DNA of 64,000 nt, from positions 15,408,485-15,472,484 of the forward strand of contig NC_134027.1 of assembly GCF_964204645.1 (NCBI RefSeq). Direction: 5' to 3'. A program made the position numbers and the translations under genes. Origin of the DNA: Tubulanus polymorphus. Lineage: Eukaryota; Animalia; Nemertea. Positions 50,531 to 63,428 of this stretch are shown in pieces (position 1 is the first letter of the stretch; every line of letters starts with the position of its first letter). The notes beneath the pieces were generated by a model. That model saw only the letters and a list, made by a program, of their open reading frames with translations. It ran no database searches and was not told where the DNA came from.

Positions 50531-52808
50531 CGGATCAAATTAGGCATAAGAGGGCAGCGCTAGGATTTTTAGGTAGTATTTTTTCTTCATTGTTCGGTTT
50601 AGCGACAGAATCAGAAGTTGCGGTTATTGGGGAACATATTAAAGCTATAGAAAAACAAGAACAATTGTCATCTGTTTTTATGACAAAATTAGCTGGTAAA
50701 TTATCATCTTATATTAATGCAACTGATTATAGGATTAACAACGCATTTACAGCGTTACAAAGTAACCATGAACTCATTCAACAATTGGAGTCGCAAGTTC
50801 GTTTTCTCAAAACGAAAAGTGCAAATGACATGATAATTGCGGTCATTTATCTGATGCAGCATGTTGTTTCATATATAGAAACTTTACAGGAAATACAAAT
50901 AAGGATAACTGATTGGGTGCAAGGGGCAGAACGCCTTACACAAGGTTATTTACCTCGTGCCTTAATACCGCCTACTATGATAGCTAAGACTATAACTCAA
51001 ATTTCGCAAGAAGTAGAACGAAAGTATTCGAATTTTAAGTTGGCACATCACGACGTTGCTTTTTATTATCAGTTCAGAGATATAAGGTTTGCGAGGTCAG
51101 AACGATTCATATATATATAACTGTAAAGTTTCCGTTAGCGTCGTCAGATAACTATTTTGATCTCTACCGATTGGTAGTTTTTCTGCTTCCTATGAATGCG
51201 ACAACCGTAAATACAACTATCATCACTAATGTAATGCCGTATTTTGGTGTAACTAGGAACAGTAATTTTCATACAACATTTGATGACACCTTGTATGCTT
51301 CTTGTGTAGGTCAAGATGTAAAAACTTGTCGATCTATGACGGTATTGCGTCCTAACGCACAAACTAGTTGTGAAAGTGCATTATTTTTTGACAAACCAAT
51401 TTTAGTACATAAATACTGCCAGTTTAGATTTGAAACTGGGGGACTGTTTGAGGGTGCGGTAGATCTTGGAAATGATAGATTCCTTGCAAGTGGAAGTGAT
51501 ACACAATGGACGATGATTTGTCCACCAAATCAACCGCGAGCGGTGCCAGGATGTTTATTTTGTACAATTCGTCTCTCTTGTGGGTGTATTCTAAAAAGCA
51601 CGACGTTTTTGATACCAGCAATAATTGGTTCATGTCATGTATCGGGAGAGATTACAATGTCGCATCCAGTAAACTTACCGGTGTTGCATTCTTTATTTTC
51701 GAAAAAGGACCTTAGATCGGTTACAGGGGGGAGTCATTATAATAAAACACCGAATGTTCCTTTACCAAGCTTTGGATTGGCTGAGGCTAAATGGAAAGAT
51801 GTTGCTATGGTCGATCAAAAATTTTCGGTAGATTTTAAAACATTAGCAGGGAGTCTTGTAAAGGATAAATTAATCTTTAAATCAAAAGCAGACGCTTTAA
51901 AGTCGTTGCCTTCAATTGAAGATTACACTCCAATAGGACTTGTTATTAAAATTTTAGCAAGCTGTGCGATAGCTATTTCTACTTTGTCTATGATTATCTC
52001 TATATTTGTTTGCTACAAATCAGGGGGTTTAGGTTTAGTTATGGGTGCATATGTTCCGTCGGTTAGGGCATATAATTTGTGCGAGTCGTTTGATATTAAT
52101 GAGTTAGCAAATCATATTAATTTTACTGAAATTGTTAATATTAAGAGTGAACACCCGATTAGTTTTCGGGTAGATGTGTTTTTATTTTTAGTCATCGTTG
52201 TTGGGGTTTTACTCATTCTATTTAGACCAATTTTGATGGCGTACTTGCGTCGACTTCGTCACTGTCTACCTGCTTGTTGCTGCTGCTCTGTACTCGACGA
52301 AGCCCCAGCCCGTTTGAAACTACGCTTAGAAAACGGGACTGGAAAGGTTGATTTGGAATTAATGAAACTTTTGGCTTGTTCGAATCGATGTGAAGTTAAT
52401 GTTGCTCCGCCGACAGAAGTGCAATTGTCAAATTTCTGCGGGAGTTCTAAGTTAAATTTGCAGTGGCAAAATAAATCATTCAATTGTACTAATGGTACTA
52501 ATTACATTTTTCCTTTGGATGTTACGATACCATTGTCAACAAATTTGTCTAAATTGAAACAGATTCTAAATGGCAAAAATAAAATTTCCTTGGTTTTGGC
52601 ATTTAGAAAATATGAAAAAATTTTGGCAAAACCAAGTCATGCTGTTGTCGCTTCAGTTACTAATGAAATCGATAATGATGGCATTAACGAAATGATTACG
52701 TCAAATCAATTACAAACTTCGACGGAATATGAATTCCCGTTAATAAATCAATTGGCTCCTAGGTTACAAATTTTACCCCGAAAATCTTTGTATCCAAGTT
52801 TGACGTAA
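50531..52808 (+). pseudogene. env: Second F-type env (from the furin site onward) of a related gypsy element
   Basis: RHKR|AALGFLGSIFSSLFGLAT. Collinear with env 1: LSSYINATD, GYLPRAL, VNLPVLHS, KFSVDFK, RVDVFLFLVIVVG. Frameshift in the atatat run at ~51110. Confidence 0.88.
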
Positions 52809-53284
52809 ATAATCGTTAAAGGTAAAAGATATTAAATGGTTAAATTTTTGGAAAAAAAATTTACGGTTGTATACTAGAGAAAATGGTACTAAGTGAGTTG
52901 CAAAATAAGGTATCGGGTGTCAAAATAATGTGGTTATGGTGTTAATGGCAATTATTGGTGATGACTAGCCTAATTGAGGATAAGGTATATAAACAATTTC
53001 TCGGTTATAATGCAAATGTAAATAAATTAATGATGATTCAAACGGTTTGGCAAGAATGAAATTTATGAGGTGCACGTTTAATCTCGATTCGTTGAATCAT
53101 GCAATAAAACCGATAAAAAGTGATTTGCACACATCGATAAGTGGCAGGATTATGAATTGTCATTTTGTTTTTTAGCTTAATACAAATACATATATGATAT
53201 ATGTCATCATACACTATTGAATAATTGATATAAAACAAGGGAATATATAACATAGATGATTTATCGTTTTGTAGTTAATTATAA

Positions 53285-53485
53285 ATGTTGTTAATCCCTT
53301 AAGGAAAGAAAATGAAATAGTTTTTGGTAATCCCTTAAGAAGAAAAAATAAATAAAAAAAATAAAAATATGTATAATTTTTTGTTTATCCCTTCAGGAAT
53401 AAATAAGGAAAAAATAATTTTGTTAATCCCTTAAGGAAAAAAAGGAAAAATAATTTTGTTAATCCCTTAAGGAAAGAAAGGAAAA
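53285..53485. repeat. Tandem repeat (ttgttaatcccttaaggaaa) x5 in the gypsy 3' UTR
   Basis: Five imperfect copies at 35-55-bp spacing. Confidence 0.8.
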
Positions 53486-53869
53486 TAATACTGTAATGAT
53501 AAAAAGGATTGTTAGGTACAATTATGGAAATATGATTGTGATACCGTAGGTTATAGCAAATTGCTTGCTTAGACAAAATAAGCATATAATTATTTGTATT
53601 ACACGTAAGACAAAGATAATAGTGTGACATATAACTTGTTGTATACATGTTTTAAATTTTATTTTCCACATGATACTTCGCTATGTTTGGACCAGATCAA
53701 GACGATAAGCATATAGTGGATAAGTTCAAAAGAAACTATCGGTAGAAATGAAGTCAAGGAATTGATGGCTGGGACAACTTCAACAATAAACGATGACGGA
53801 TTGGATGTTGAAAGTGAATCGATGATTGACAATAATATTTGTGTTTAAACGATTTATTACATGTATATC

Positions 53870-53872
<3 letters not shown>

Positions 53873-53957
<85 letters not shown>
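53873..53957. repeat. (TA)n microsatellite
   Basis: Seen directly. Confidence 0.98.
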
Positions 53958-53963
<6 letters not shown>

Positions 53964-54602
53964 GATTATAGCTATATCAAGAAAAGGCAATAATAGTAAA
54001 TGTTCTATCGAATATGAATACAGGTTATATTCAGTAAACTATATAATAAAAAAATATTGAGATTAATTTCTTAAGTCTTCAATCTGGTTGGATTAAAACT
54101 GAATCATAACGTTAATGAATGAATTGTGGAATCATTGTTGTACAATGATACACTAGTGATGTATATGTATTTGAAATTGGAAAAATACTACATATTCAGG
54201 TGCGTTGTTTCTAAGGAACATATATTGTTTATCATAATTAACTAAAATTGAATTATATATGTCAATTTGCTATAAATTTAAGTAATACATGGAAATTCGT
54301 CAACATAATACCTAATAATATATTGTGGTATACGTCGATTGATAGGCATAGATGGTTTAATTATTATACATTAACGAGAAGATAGCAAAAGTATAGAATA
54401 AACTTATTCAAACGGATCATAATCATCTTCCACTTAGAATATTGTTGTAATATTTATACGAAATGTTTCATTTTTTTTGTTGCATTATTATTGTGTTAGT
54501 TCAGTTATGTCAAATTTAATTTTTAGTTTATAAATGCGATTTGTCGCTAAAAAAGTTGTATGGTTGCGTTGCCTGTGCTCTGGGTTTGATATATACATAT
54601 GT

Positions 54603-54606
<4 letters not shown>

Positions 54607-54690
<84 letters not shown>
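54607..54690. repeat. (TA)n microsatellite
   Basis: Seen directly. Confidence 0.98.
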
Positions 54691-54694
<4 letters not shown>

Positions 54695-54743
54695 CATTTT
54701 TCTTTTTGTCAAAGTGGGACACTTTGAATTGAGTGGGGGGTAA

Positions 54744-55203
54744 TGTTGTTACATAGGCATTTTAATCAATTTAACTACGTATCACTTTCTGCTATTACGC
54801 TATCTCAAGCTCGTGGGACAATTCCTGCTGTTTAGTAATTATGGAATAATTAAAAGCTTTATGTTCAAACCCGGAATTAGATAAGATAAATTTCTAGAAT
54901 AAATGCACGGTACTCTCGGGGAAAAACGGAGAGGGAGAGCAACATTGGCGGCATCGACCAGAGCAGAGGCAGCGCACCAAGCAGGGTAAGGGTGATATGA
55001 TATTTGTCAGTTGTCATTTGTTTAAGTTTCATGCAATAGAACCCTTGCATCATTTTATCAACCTGAGTTTAGTTGTTGGTTATGTTTGGTCTCTGGTTTC
55101 TATATCACCGTGCAGGACAGGAGGGGAAGTGCATACGTCACGAACAAGAACAGCGGCGCTCTCCCACAGCAATTTCGGGCTTCCCCCTCCAGGTCGCACG
55201 ACA
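54744..55203 (+). repeat. 3' LTR of the second env-gypsy element, preceded by a PPT
   Basis: gtgggacactttgaattgagtggggggtaa|TGTTGT...ACGACA. Same gggac + purine tract + TGTTG layout as at 16120. Confidence 0.65.
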
Positions 55204-55805
55204 CAATTACAAAATATCGTGAATTAAGTTTCACTAATTACAAATTACATTTTACGTTTTAAAAATTGAAAATTACGTTTTCCGTTTTGCGAATTACAAA
55301 TTATGTTTCCCAAAAGACCTCTCGCGATAAAATGAACCGAGATGTAGTGGAAAATCGTTAAACGTCCAAAACATTATTCGTAAAACGTAATTCGTAATTC
55401 ATAAAACACAACGAGTTGTAGTAAGTACTTGGAAAAGTGGGCTTTTATACCAGAGGTCGTGCGGTCGAGACACCACTCATCACCACAAGTAATAATTCAA
55501 TTGAGTATGAGACACCACTCATCACAGCTAGGCTCTAGTGAGAACGGACAGTTGCTCTGTGATACACATATACAGTGAGTGCGCGTAACAACATCTGCGC
55601 GTGGATAGATCGATACAGTGAGTATCTACTGAGAACGGTTATTAACGCGTGTGCTATTACTGTGGTAGTACAGTGATTGCGTGTCAACTGTACCCGGATA
55701 AATAGATGCTGTGAGGCTTGGGTGAGAACGGTTAATAGCGTGTTTGTTATATACAAGGGGAAGTAATCCCCACTCATCACCACAAGTAATTTTTTTTCCT
55801 TATAA

Positions 55806-56132
55806 ATGGGAGATAGAAAAGCATTCTTAGCAACAATAAATAACAGAATAAAACCAGCAAAAAAACAATTTGAAATAAAAAAGTTAGTTGATGTTACAAA
55901 AGAAATTGAACATAAAATATTGAAATTAGAAAAGATAAAAACTAAATATGGAGAGAAAGTATCAGCTAATTTAAGCAACTGCAATGTTAGTACATCGCGA
56001 GAATTTAAAGTATTTTTACCTGATAAATGGGTTTCATTGAGTACAGAGGAATTAAAAGATTTAGAAGGATTTAAAATAATCTATCATGGAAAAAATGAAG
56101 ATGGCCATCATGATTTAGAAATTGTTGATTAA
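55806..56132 (+). CDS. Paralog of the 47239 protein
   Basis: Alignment given under 47239. TAAATG start. Confidence 0.75.
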   Translation: MGDRKAFLATINNRIKPAKKQFEIKKLVDVTKEIEHKILKLEKIKTKYGEKVSANLSNCNVSTSREFKVFLPDKWVSLSTEELKDLEGFKIIYHGKNEDGHHDLEIVD

Positions 56133-56322
56133 ATTTAAAAAAATAAATCAATAAAAATAATGAATATTAAGAATCCGAAACAACTTATCTGGACAAATGT
56201 ATTGCTCCGCATAGATGGTGCCATAAACAGCACCCACACAGTGATAGACAAAAGTAGTGAGATATTCAATTAATATTCAATTAATTAAAAAAAATTATTT
56301 TTTTTGCTTTTTTTCTAAAATA

Positions 56323-56691
56323 TTAATCCATTTTTTTTATTATAAATTTTGGAATTTCAGAAGTATTTTCATTTTTAATAGCAGTTGTTTCAGAATTATT
56401 AATATCATGAATTTTATTTGATTTCTTATACCAATTACACCCAATCAAAATGAATACAATTTCAAATCCAACTGTAAAATATAGACATTTATCAAATATT
56501 CTATCATTAGAAGGAGTAGAAATAACAATATTTTCACTATTTTTATTAACATTTTTATTACTTATTTTTTCTTTTGAAGCTTTTTTATATTCTTGTGATT
56601 TAATTCCTAATTACCGAGACCATTCAATTTGTTTCTGTGATCTCGGTTTTTTCTTCACAGTTAATTCCTTCACTTCTTCCACCTCGCTCAT
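56323..56691 (-). pseudogene. Basic N-terminus / C-terminal TM Polinton protein (not in the ORF track)
   Basis: ataaATG at 56691, reading MSEVEEVKELTVKKKPRSQKQIEWSR*LGIKSQEYKK...CLYFTVGFEIVFILIG...KKMD*. One internal stop. Confidence 0.6.
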
Positions 56692-57230
56692 TTATTATAG
56701 AAATATTTTTACTTTCAATATTTGAAAATGTTATAACCCCAGTTGATAATAATGTCATAAATCCACCTAATTGAAATGATAAATATCCAATCCATTTATT
56801 TAATTCAGTCATAACTAAATAATCATTTTTTAAATCGGAATATAATCTATTTTCATCTTCAATTGGTAGTATATAATTACATAATTTACTGTAACCTTTT
56901 ACTACATTTTCTGATATCGCGTCATTAATTCTAGCTGTTCTCGCGGATTCATAAATCTTAAATAATCTAATAATTTCATCTGATTTCATTGTATCTAATT
57001 CATTATAAGTTAAATTTTTACCGACAAAATTTTTATATTTTCCAGATGCTATTAATATTTCTAATTGATGTTTACAAATAAAGATAATATTCATAATTAT
57101 TATTTGTTGTAACATTATTTAAAGCACCATCATCTGGAATTAATTTGTTTTCTGTTATTCCTAAATCATCTAAAGTTTTTTCAATTGGAACATCACCATT
57201 TCTAGATTTTATTTTCTTTTCACCTACCAT
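56624..57230 (-). pseudogene. Conserved hypothetical Polinton protein
   Basis: TAAATG start at 57230, frameshift ~57075 into ORF 56624-57115. Confidence 0.65.
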
Positions 57231-57261
57231 TTATATAACAAAAAAATAATTGTGTTGTTGC

Positions 57262-57522
57262 AACTAGAATGTAACTAGAATTTAACTAGATGAACAAGCT
57301 AGTTGAAATATTGTTATTTCTGTTTATTTCTTGTTAAATCTAGTTGATTTTTGTTCCAACTACCAATAACTAGAATTCAACTAGAATGTAACTAGAATTA
57401 AACTAGATTAACAAGCTAGTTAAAATATTGTTAAATCTAGTTGATTTTTGTTACAACTACCAATAACTAGAATTCAACTAGAATGTAACTAGAATTCAAC
57501 TAGATTAACAAGCTAGTTGAAT
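57262..57522. repeat. Intergenic CTAG-based tandem repeat in the Polinton
   Basis: About three higher-order units of aactagaatgtaactagaatt.aactagattaacaagctagtt. Confidence 0.9.
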
Positions 57523-58131
57523 TTAAATAAATTCATATTTAAATGGGTGTTGTAATCTAAATAGTAATTTTGATCTTTTAATATTTTTCAACTTATCCAT
57601 ATATTCATTATGTAAATCATGTGGAATTATATCATTTTCCTCAAGTGCATTTTTCATCGATTTTCTATCTTTATTGTAGAATAAAACTAGAAATCTAATG
57701 TTTTCTCTAAAGCCTTTAACAATTGAATTATATTTTTGATTTAAAACCCAAGTTGTTATCCCAAAATGTCTGCCAGAAAAAGCTAAATAGCATAACTCAC
57801 TTTCTCTCACTTTTGAATCATGTAAATTTGCGCAATCATCTATGATAAATAATGTATTTGATCCTTTATAAATATCAATTGCTATTTTTATACAATTATC
57901 TAAATTTTCTTTTACTGTTTTAGGATCTAATATAATAAATTTATTATTTCTAGTAATATTTCTATCATAAGTTTGATTAAATTCATATGTTGGACAAAAT
58001 AATACTATATTATCAAAATAGTTTTTATAAACAGTTTCTAATAAATTTAATATAAAATAAGTTTTTCCACAATTTGTTACACCAGAAATTAACATATTAT
58101 GAGGCTCAAATATAAATAATTCCTTATTCAT
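57523..58131 (-). CDS. A32/FtsK-like DNA packaging ATPase
   Basis: Walker A GVTNCGKT, Walker B FIIDD, GRH, and LNQKY. ORF intact. Confidence 0.92.
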   Translation of the reverse strand: MNKELFIFEPHNMLISGVTNCGKTYFILNLLETVYKNYFDNIVLFCPTYEFNQTYDRNITRNNKFIILDPKTVKENLDNCIKIAIDIYKGSNTLFIIDDCANLHDSKVRESELCYLAFSGRHFGITTWVLNQKYNSIVKGFRENIRFLVLFYNKDRKSMKNALEENDIIPHDLHNEYMDKLKNIKRSKLLFRLQHPFKYEFI

Positions 58132-59259
58132 TTATATATTTTTAATTTTACTTGATAATATCCATTCATTGAATTTATCTGGCCATCCAACCAATTTTAC
58201 TAAAGAATATTTTTTTCTTTTAACAGTTTTTGTTTTTAATACTTTTTCAATTTTATATTCTTGTTCTAGATTTTCAGTAGTTAAACTCAATTCCTCTTCA
58301 TAAAAATACCCATCAACTTCTTCACCATCTAAATCTTCTAATTTATAGACATATGGTTTTGTTGTTATTACCTTTTTTATTTTATATATTTCCCTAGTAA
58401 AATTTCGATCGTATCCCTTGTCAAATATCTTTTTATACTTAGAAATTCTAACATTTTGACCAACTTTAAATTTAGGTTCACCAAAATCATCTACAAGAAA
58501 TGCTCCATATAAATTATTCCAAACAATTTCAGCATTTTCAGGTTTTCTAGCATCAATAGGTTTCATTCCAATAGAAGAATGATAAGAATTATTATATCCT
58601 TCTATCAATTTTGGTAAAACATCAATCCATTTAAAAGTATTATTTGCTGTAAAATATTTCCACATTCTTGTTCTTAATGTTCTATTAAATCGTTCAACAA
58701 ATGCTGCTCCTCTATCCGATTTTGTTGAAAAATATTTAATATTATGATTATCTAAGAGTTCATGAACAAGTGAATTATCAAATTCTTTTCCATCATCAAA
58801 TTGTATTTTTTCTGGTTTTAGTTTATCATCCGAAAGAAATTTTCTTAAAACATTTGATGTTTGTACAGCATCTTTTCTATAAAGTGGGAAGCTCCATACA
58901 TAACGACTAAAAATATCAATTATATTCAATAACCAACAATAATCATCATTATCTTTCTTAACATTTTTCATATCAATTAAATCTCCTTGCCACTGTTGAT
59001 CTACTTAACTTACCATAGTTTTACGAGTTTTATATTTTCTAACAATTTTTTTATGTGTTGTGTATGTTGGTTGTTCAAACATAAATTCATTTATATCTTT
59101 ATATTTAACTAAATTTTGTGGGATTATCTTATCTAATTTATCTTGTTTTACTTGACGCCATATATTTTTGGCAGAAGAATAAGCAACCGAACTCTCAGGG
59201 TTGTAATATAAATTTCTTAAATATTGTTCTTTAGTATTAGGAGTTTTTTTACCACCCAT
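58132..59259 (-). pseudogene. int: Retroviral-like (rve) integrase with C-terminal chromo-like domain
   Basis: LYYNP, WQGDLIDM, IDIFSRY, QFDDGKEF, VERFNRT, YNNSYHSSIGMKP, YKIEKVL...VKLVGW..KFNEWI. Single in-frame stop at 59005. Confidence 0.93.
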
Positions 59260-59289
59260 TTATATATCCTTAATTTTAACTTCATATTT

Positions 59290-60541
59290 CTAATATTGAA
59301 TACTATCTAATTGTGAATTTACAATATTTAATTGCGCGTCAGATATAATATAAATGTGCATTTTAAAATTTAAGCTTCCTTTTTTCTTTTTCATGAATAA
59401 TTGTATTCCATCTTTAGTGTTCAGTAGTTTTTTCCCAGAACCATGTAATGAATTATCCTCTGTTGTTCTAAAATCTAACCATAATGCGTATTTATTGCCG
59501 GTATAATAATCAATTTGATTAATATTACAATTTTCAAATGATTTTACTTTTTCATTCATAAAATGTTTTCTAATTTCTGGCCACTGATCTATCATTCTCA
59601 TTCCTTGACAAAATATTTTATTTGGTATTCCTTCGATAGTTATTTCTACTTTTGTTATTTCAGGATTATATTGATTATCTACCTTTATTGCGCCATTAGT
59701 ATATGTTGCAATGGTGAAAAATATTAATATAATATCATTTAATAGATATTCTTGGGAAGTTAATATTCTCATTAATTATTTCATCATTTGCATTAATAAT
59801 TACAGTTTCAAATTTATCAATATAATCATATAATAATGAAAATCCTTGATTGTATTGTGTTTGAATTGTGCTAGCAATATTTTCATTAGTTACTGTGTCA
59901 TATTCTAAACATATATTTGATAATTTATAACCCATATCTTTAACAACGCTAGATAATACAATTTCATTTACAGGAGCAAATGTTATCTCAAATATAATAT
60001 CTTCTTGAATTGCGTATTTATATAAAGGTGCATTATTATTTATCAATTCAAAGTCTAATGGAATTTTATATTTGCTTCCATAAATCTGTTTAATCAAATT
60101 ATCTGTGGCACGAGTTACTATTGCGTCATTAGCTCCTGATCTTAATTTATTATGGTTTTCCGATTGAATACCCTGAAATATCATATTATTTCTATTTTCT
60201 TTAGTTAACCATAAATCTTTATAATGCATAAATAAATTAAAATCATCTAATGAGAAAACTGTTTCTGGGCCAATCTTTATAGTTAATTTTTTAATCAAAT
60301 ATCTTCCAACATTATCAAAAACATAATTATTATCATGACCAATTACTTTTATATCAGCTGATAAATAAATACTATTTGGAACATAAAAAGTATTTTGTGT
60401 TAATCTAGGAATTCTAACATATAAAGTTTCATCGGGATTAATATTTGAAGGATTATGAGTAATTATATGATGTGATCTTTCTGCTTTAATAGCATTAGAT
60501 ATTCTAGAAATCTTAGAAGGACTTATATAACTCCCACTCAT
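59290..60541 (-). pseudogene. Major capsid protein (double jelly-roll, Polinton/adintovirus type)
   Basis: About 415 aa, beta-rich: HNPSNINPDETLYVRIP, LSNICLEYD, NPEITKVEITIEGIPN, ALWLDFRT..DNSLHGSG, YIISDAQLNI. Frameshift ~59740. Adjacent to integrase and ATPase. Confidence 0.8.
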
Positions 60542-60575
60542 TTATTTAACAAAAAAATTAATTATTTATTTTTTA

Positions 60576-62004
60576 TTATTTTTTTTCTTGATATCTTTTT
60601 GATATCATATTCACTAACCCAAAAATAATAGCACTTACAACTGTAATTAAAAATAAAATAATATGTTCAGCAGCAAAGTTAAGAATATTCCCAGCAAATT
60701 TCAATATAAAACCAACAATTGATGCAATAATTCCTGGTAAAGCTGCAGCAGATTTTTTAGATAGTTCCCATAAATATTTTGCTAATTTCTTTAAACCATC
60801 TTTAACTTTATCTTGTATAGAATTATTACCTGGGGGTTTATCTGGTTTATTGGGAGTAGGAGTAGATTTCAAAGCATTTGATATTGCTAAACCTATTGTT
60901 GTAAATAACATAGTTACAGCTGTTAGAATTGAAAGAATTGTTATTCCTTCTAATCTAAATAATAATTTTATTCTATCTTTTAATGATATTTCAGAATTTG
61001 GTTTAATCAACAAATCTTTAAAAATAACTTTTAATCTATTAATATTATAATCATATGATTTTAATAATAATTTAATTTCTTCTTTCTGTACTTCTAAATT
61101 ATCTTTTAAATTATTAATTTCTTCTTCTAATCGTAATTCTTTTTGCCTATATTCTATTTCGTCAATTACTTGATGATCTAAATCAGACTTTAATTGTTCT
61201 ATTTCTTTATTTTTATCAGTTAATTCTTTTTCTAAAAATCTAATTTTAAAATCTCTTATACTTTTATCATGCGCAAATTTATCAGCTTTATTTCTTATAC
61301 TAATAATTTCTCTAATTGCTTTATCAGAAAATATATTTAAATCTTCTAGTTGTTGATCTGTTGCATCAATTAATCCATTCGGTAAAAGTTTTTCAATTGG
61401 AACTTTATTTGATTTTTTTTTACTAGTTTTGGAAGTTATATTCTGTTTCTGATTTCTTTTTGATTATTTCAAATAATTCATTAATTCTTTGTTTAAATAC
61501 GTCTATATTATCATCTCTTTCTTTTTGCGTAACATCAGTTATTTCATTACTATTACCTATTATTTTAATTTTATCTGGTTCTAATTTTTTTAAAGTTGAT
61601 TCTGCTAATATTTTATTTTTATTATTTTTATAAGTGATATCAATATAATAATTACCTTTCAAACGATAATAACATTTACCATTATCTAAAAATTTTAATT
61701 TATTTGCTAAAGGTCCAACGTCTTCATCATTTATGTTAAGTTTAGATTTTTCAATTAAATCTTCTAATTTAGGTATTTTGTTTAAATTATCTAAATCTTG
61801 TTTTACTAAACCTGGGTCTAAATTTTCAGGATTTAATTGTGATTCTGCATTTTTAATATAATCAGGCATATTTAAATTATTATTATATTCTGGCTCATTA
61901 CCATCATTAAAACTTGTTTCACTAAAATCAGGTTGTTGTTCATCAGTTATACCAGGTTCATCAAAAGGATCCATTCCAATATCTTCGCCACCTTCTACAT
62001 CCAT
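60576..62004 (-). pseudogene. Long acidic/coiled-coil protein with C-terminal TM helices
   Basis: ORFs 61423-62004 and 60576-61013 joined by a coiled-coil frame. C-terminus LFRLEGITILSILTA...ALPGIIASIVGFIL. Confidence 0.7.
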
Positions 62005-62021
62005 TTATATAATAAAAAAAA

Positions 62022-63412
62022 TTAAAATTTAAAATAAAATATTCCTCCTATAACAATTCCTATACAAGTTAAAGCTAATTTAGTATTTTCATGTAATTTA
62101 TTATCATTATCAGTTTTAATTATATCATGTTGAATATTATCAGTTTTAATATTTTCTGTAATATTGTAATCTTTTATTTTGGAATCATTTTCCAATTTAA
62201 TATTCTTAGTTTTAGTTTCTGTTGATTGAATATGTTTTTTATTTTTTTCACCTTCCATTAATTTTGGAGCAGTAATTATCTTTTTATTTATATCATTCAA
62301 TCCAAATGAATTATTTATTGTTGCAGTTTTAATTAGATTATTATAACCAATTATATTTCTCATCTTTAATACTAAATCATTAGAAATAATTAATAGATTA
62401 GGGCCTATACAATAATTTAATCTAATATGTGATTTATCTAAATAATTTTGATATCTTACAATGTTTTCTGGAATCGATCTATTTTTATCATTATGAATGG
62501 AATCTTCTAATAAAACTTTAAATTGTTTTTGTGTATCAAATGATGTATTTAAATTTCCAATTATTGGGGATCTTGTTTCAACTTTCGAACCTAAAATACA
62601 TATCAAATAAGTTCTAATAGATTGATTTATTCTTTGTATACCTGATTTTGTAAAACCTTCATTATTTTCAAAAATGAAATAAACCCAACCATTATTGTTT
62701 TCTTGTTTTAAATTATCATAAAATGTCGGTAATTAATTGAAATTTAATGTTTCTAAATCCTTAGTTTCTATTTTACCATAACCTAATTTATTACTATAGA
62801 TATTATACAAACTATTAGATGGTATGGGAAGTGCACAATATTCTGCAATCTTTTTAGGGCAAGGAAGTGATCTTATTGTTCCAATTTTTGTTCTAAAATC
62901 AGAATTATTTATATCTATATTAAATTCATTACAAATTTTATAAAACTTTGATAAATTAATATTATTATCTAATTCTTTAAAATACCTAGATCCTGGTAAA
63001 GCGCACTCTAATTCATTTAATATTATTCTGATTTGAAAGTATGTATGAAATCTAAATAAACTTTGAATTAATTTATATTTAGAATTATTCAAATGATCAT
63101 TCCAACTAATTCCACAACCACCTGTTGTTGCACAATAAACAGCAAAATTTAATTGGTTCTACCAATACTTCATATTAGATTTTAATAACCATTGTTTTTC
63201 ATCTTTCAATTTTTCAAAATTAATTAAATATACATGAAATATATTTTCCATCTTTGCATTAAAATTATTAGTTTCAGTAACATAAATTTCTAAATTAGTT
63301 AATGAATCTAAAACTTCATTTCTATATGTAATATCTTATTAAAATCTATTGCTGGAATATTATATTTAATTGATTTATTACATTGGAAAGCTTTTGGAAA
63401 ACTATCTACCAT
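62022..63412 (-). pseudogene. Full-length conserved Polinton protein (QLNFAVYCAT...IRTYLICILGS), C-terminal TM
   Basis: Homolog of the 49859 gene. Continues NNNGWVYF...GIQRINQSIRTY. Several lesions. Confidence 0.8.
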
Positions 63413-63428
63413 TTATATAATTAAAAAA

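Noticed and set aside
50531-52808. env as a native Polinton gene
   Set aside because: It is less AT-rich, lacks a TAAATG start, is homologous to the gypsy env at 11896, and is followed by a PPT and LTR. Copy B has the uninterrupted Polinton gene.
53839-54743. YIYIYI ORFs
   Set aside because: Translations of (TA)n microsatellites.
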